35,109 bases of DNA from Octopus bimaculoides. Lineage: Eukaryota. The DNA lies in NCBI RefSeq assembly GCF_001194135.2, contig NC_068981.1, positions 128,915,385 to 128,950,493 of the forward strand. The letters are read 5' to 3'. Below are positions 34,185 to 35,109 of this stretch, piece by piece; positions within the stretch are counted from its first letter, which is position 1; every line of letters starts with the position of its first letter. A model generated the notes under the pieces. That model was given only the letters and a program-made list of their open reading frames with translations, made no database searches and was not told the DNA's origin. The translations under genes were made by a program, and so were the position numbers.

Positions 34185-34730
34185 TCTTACCATCTTTGCT
34201 TTCTTTGCAATGAGGCACTGTTTCAGTTCCTGTACTACTACTTTCAGGCCCTTTCTTTCAATATTATACTTCCTTTTCAGTGCCCTGTATTTTTGTTTGC
34301 TTTTAAGCTCCCCTTTCTCTTTTAGGTCTAACACAGAGATTTCCTTCAAGAGCATGTCTAACCCTGCCTGGATTCTTCTTTTCCACCATGGATCTTTTCT
34401 TTTGTCACTCCCATTATGTTTTGTTTTTCTTGACATCATTACCCACGTTTTCTGCTACAACAATACTTGCTGCCTTGATCAAATTATCTGTTTCTGCCAT
34501 GATGTTTGTTCTGCTGTATTTTAGAATTTCATTGACATTTTTCGTTTCTTGGTTCAATTTCCATCGATCAACCTTTTTAAGGCTGCAAATAATGTCGCTA
34601 TCGTTCTCCTGTAGTCTTACCTTTATTCTGTCATAGATTACCTTTTGTTCATCTGTTATGTCGCCATTAGTTTTATTGTCTTCTTTGATATGTCTCTCAT
34701 CAAGTAAACTACCACTGCTCCTTTCCTGTG
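34185..34730 (-). mobile_element. R4/Dong-like element, pre-RT N-terminal region (degraded)
   Basis: DPWWKRRIQ...LKRKYNIERKGLKVVVQELKQCLIAKKAKMVRY resembles the PWWKRRL...RKY...KG...EELKQR..A...K.KRY segment of R4/Dong ORFs. Confidence 0.7.
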
Positions 34731-34769
34731 CTATGGGATTACTCTTATTAGTAAAACTGTATTTTCATT

Positions 34770-35109
34770 GTCATACCCAATGACTGGTGTAGCAGCACCA
34801 TAGTCAACTGCTACAAAGGTAAAGGTGACACTTTAGATACAAATAATTACAGAGGCATCAAGCTGTTAGATCAGGTTATGAAAGTTACGGAGAGGGTCAT
34901 AGCCCAACTAATTAGGGAGCGAATCAATTTAGATGAGATGCAGTTTGGGTTCGTGCCAGGTAAAAGCACCACTGATGCCATATTTCTAGTAAGACAGCTG
35001 CAGGAGAAATACCTAGCCAAGGATAAACCTCTGTACCTGGCTTTCGTTGACACGGAGAAAGCCTTTGACAGGGTCCCCCGATCCCTTATCGGGTGGTCAA
35101 TGAGGAAAC
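34770..35109 (+). mobile_element. 5'-truncated RTE-clade LINE, RT domain, runs off window end
   Basis: Stop-free frame VIPNDWCSSTIVNCYKGKGDTLDTNNYRGIKLLDQVMKVTERV...MQFGFVPGKSTTDAIFLVRQLQEKY..K.KPLYLAFVDTEKAFDRVPR. Confidence 0.9.

Overview
AT-rich, repeat-dense animal genomic DNA with four N-gaps. I infer a cephalopod, probably Octopus, because the SINE, MITE and LINE families resemble octopus repeats as I recall them; this is not database-verified. Only one host coding segment is supported: a 1.85-kb terminal exon on the minus strand (18981-20826). It begins with what looks like the end of an IRS/DOK/FRS2-type PTB domain and continues as a long low-complexity tail with SH3-, SH2- and PI3K-type motifs. 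Its upstream exons were not found in the window. The rest is mostly transposon debris: tRNA-derived SINEs of several modular types, hAT- and piggyBac-type MITEs, and fossil pieces of CR1/Jockey-like, L1/Tx1-like, CRE-like, R4/Dong-like and RTE LINEs, an LTR-type pol, and pogo/Tigger and hAT transposases. Most short ORFs in the track are repeat artefacts. I see no undescribed multi-gene system. The best non-annotated signal is a candidate type I hammerhead ribozyme with palindromic helix III (15406-15499) inside a ~390-bp non-coding element bracketed by (TA)n. Decayed hammerhead-like motifs also occur in a second TA-associated, Penelope-like repeat family. Repeat boundaries are by eye and approximate.
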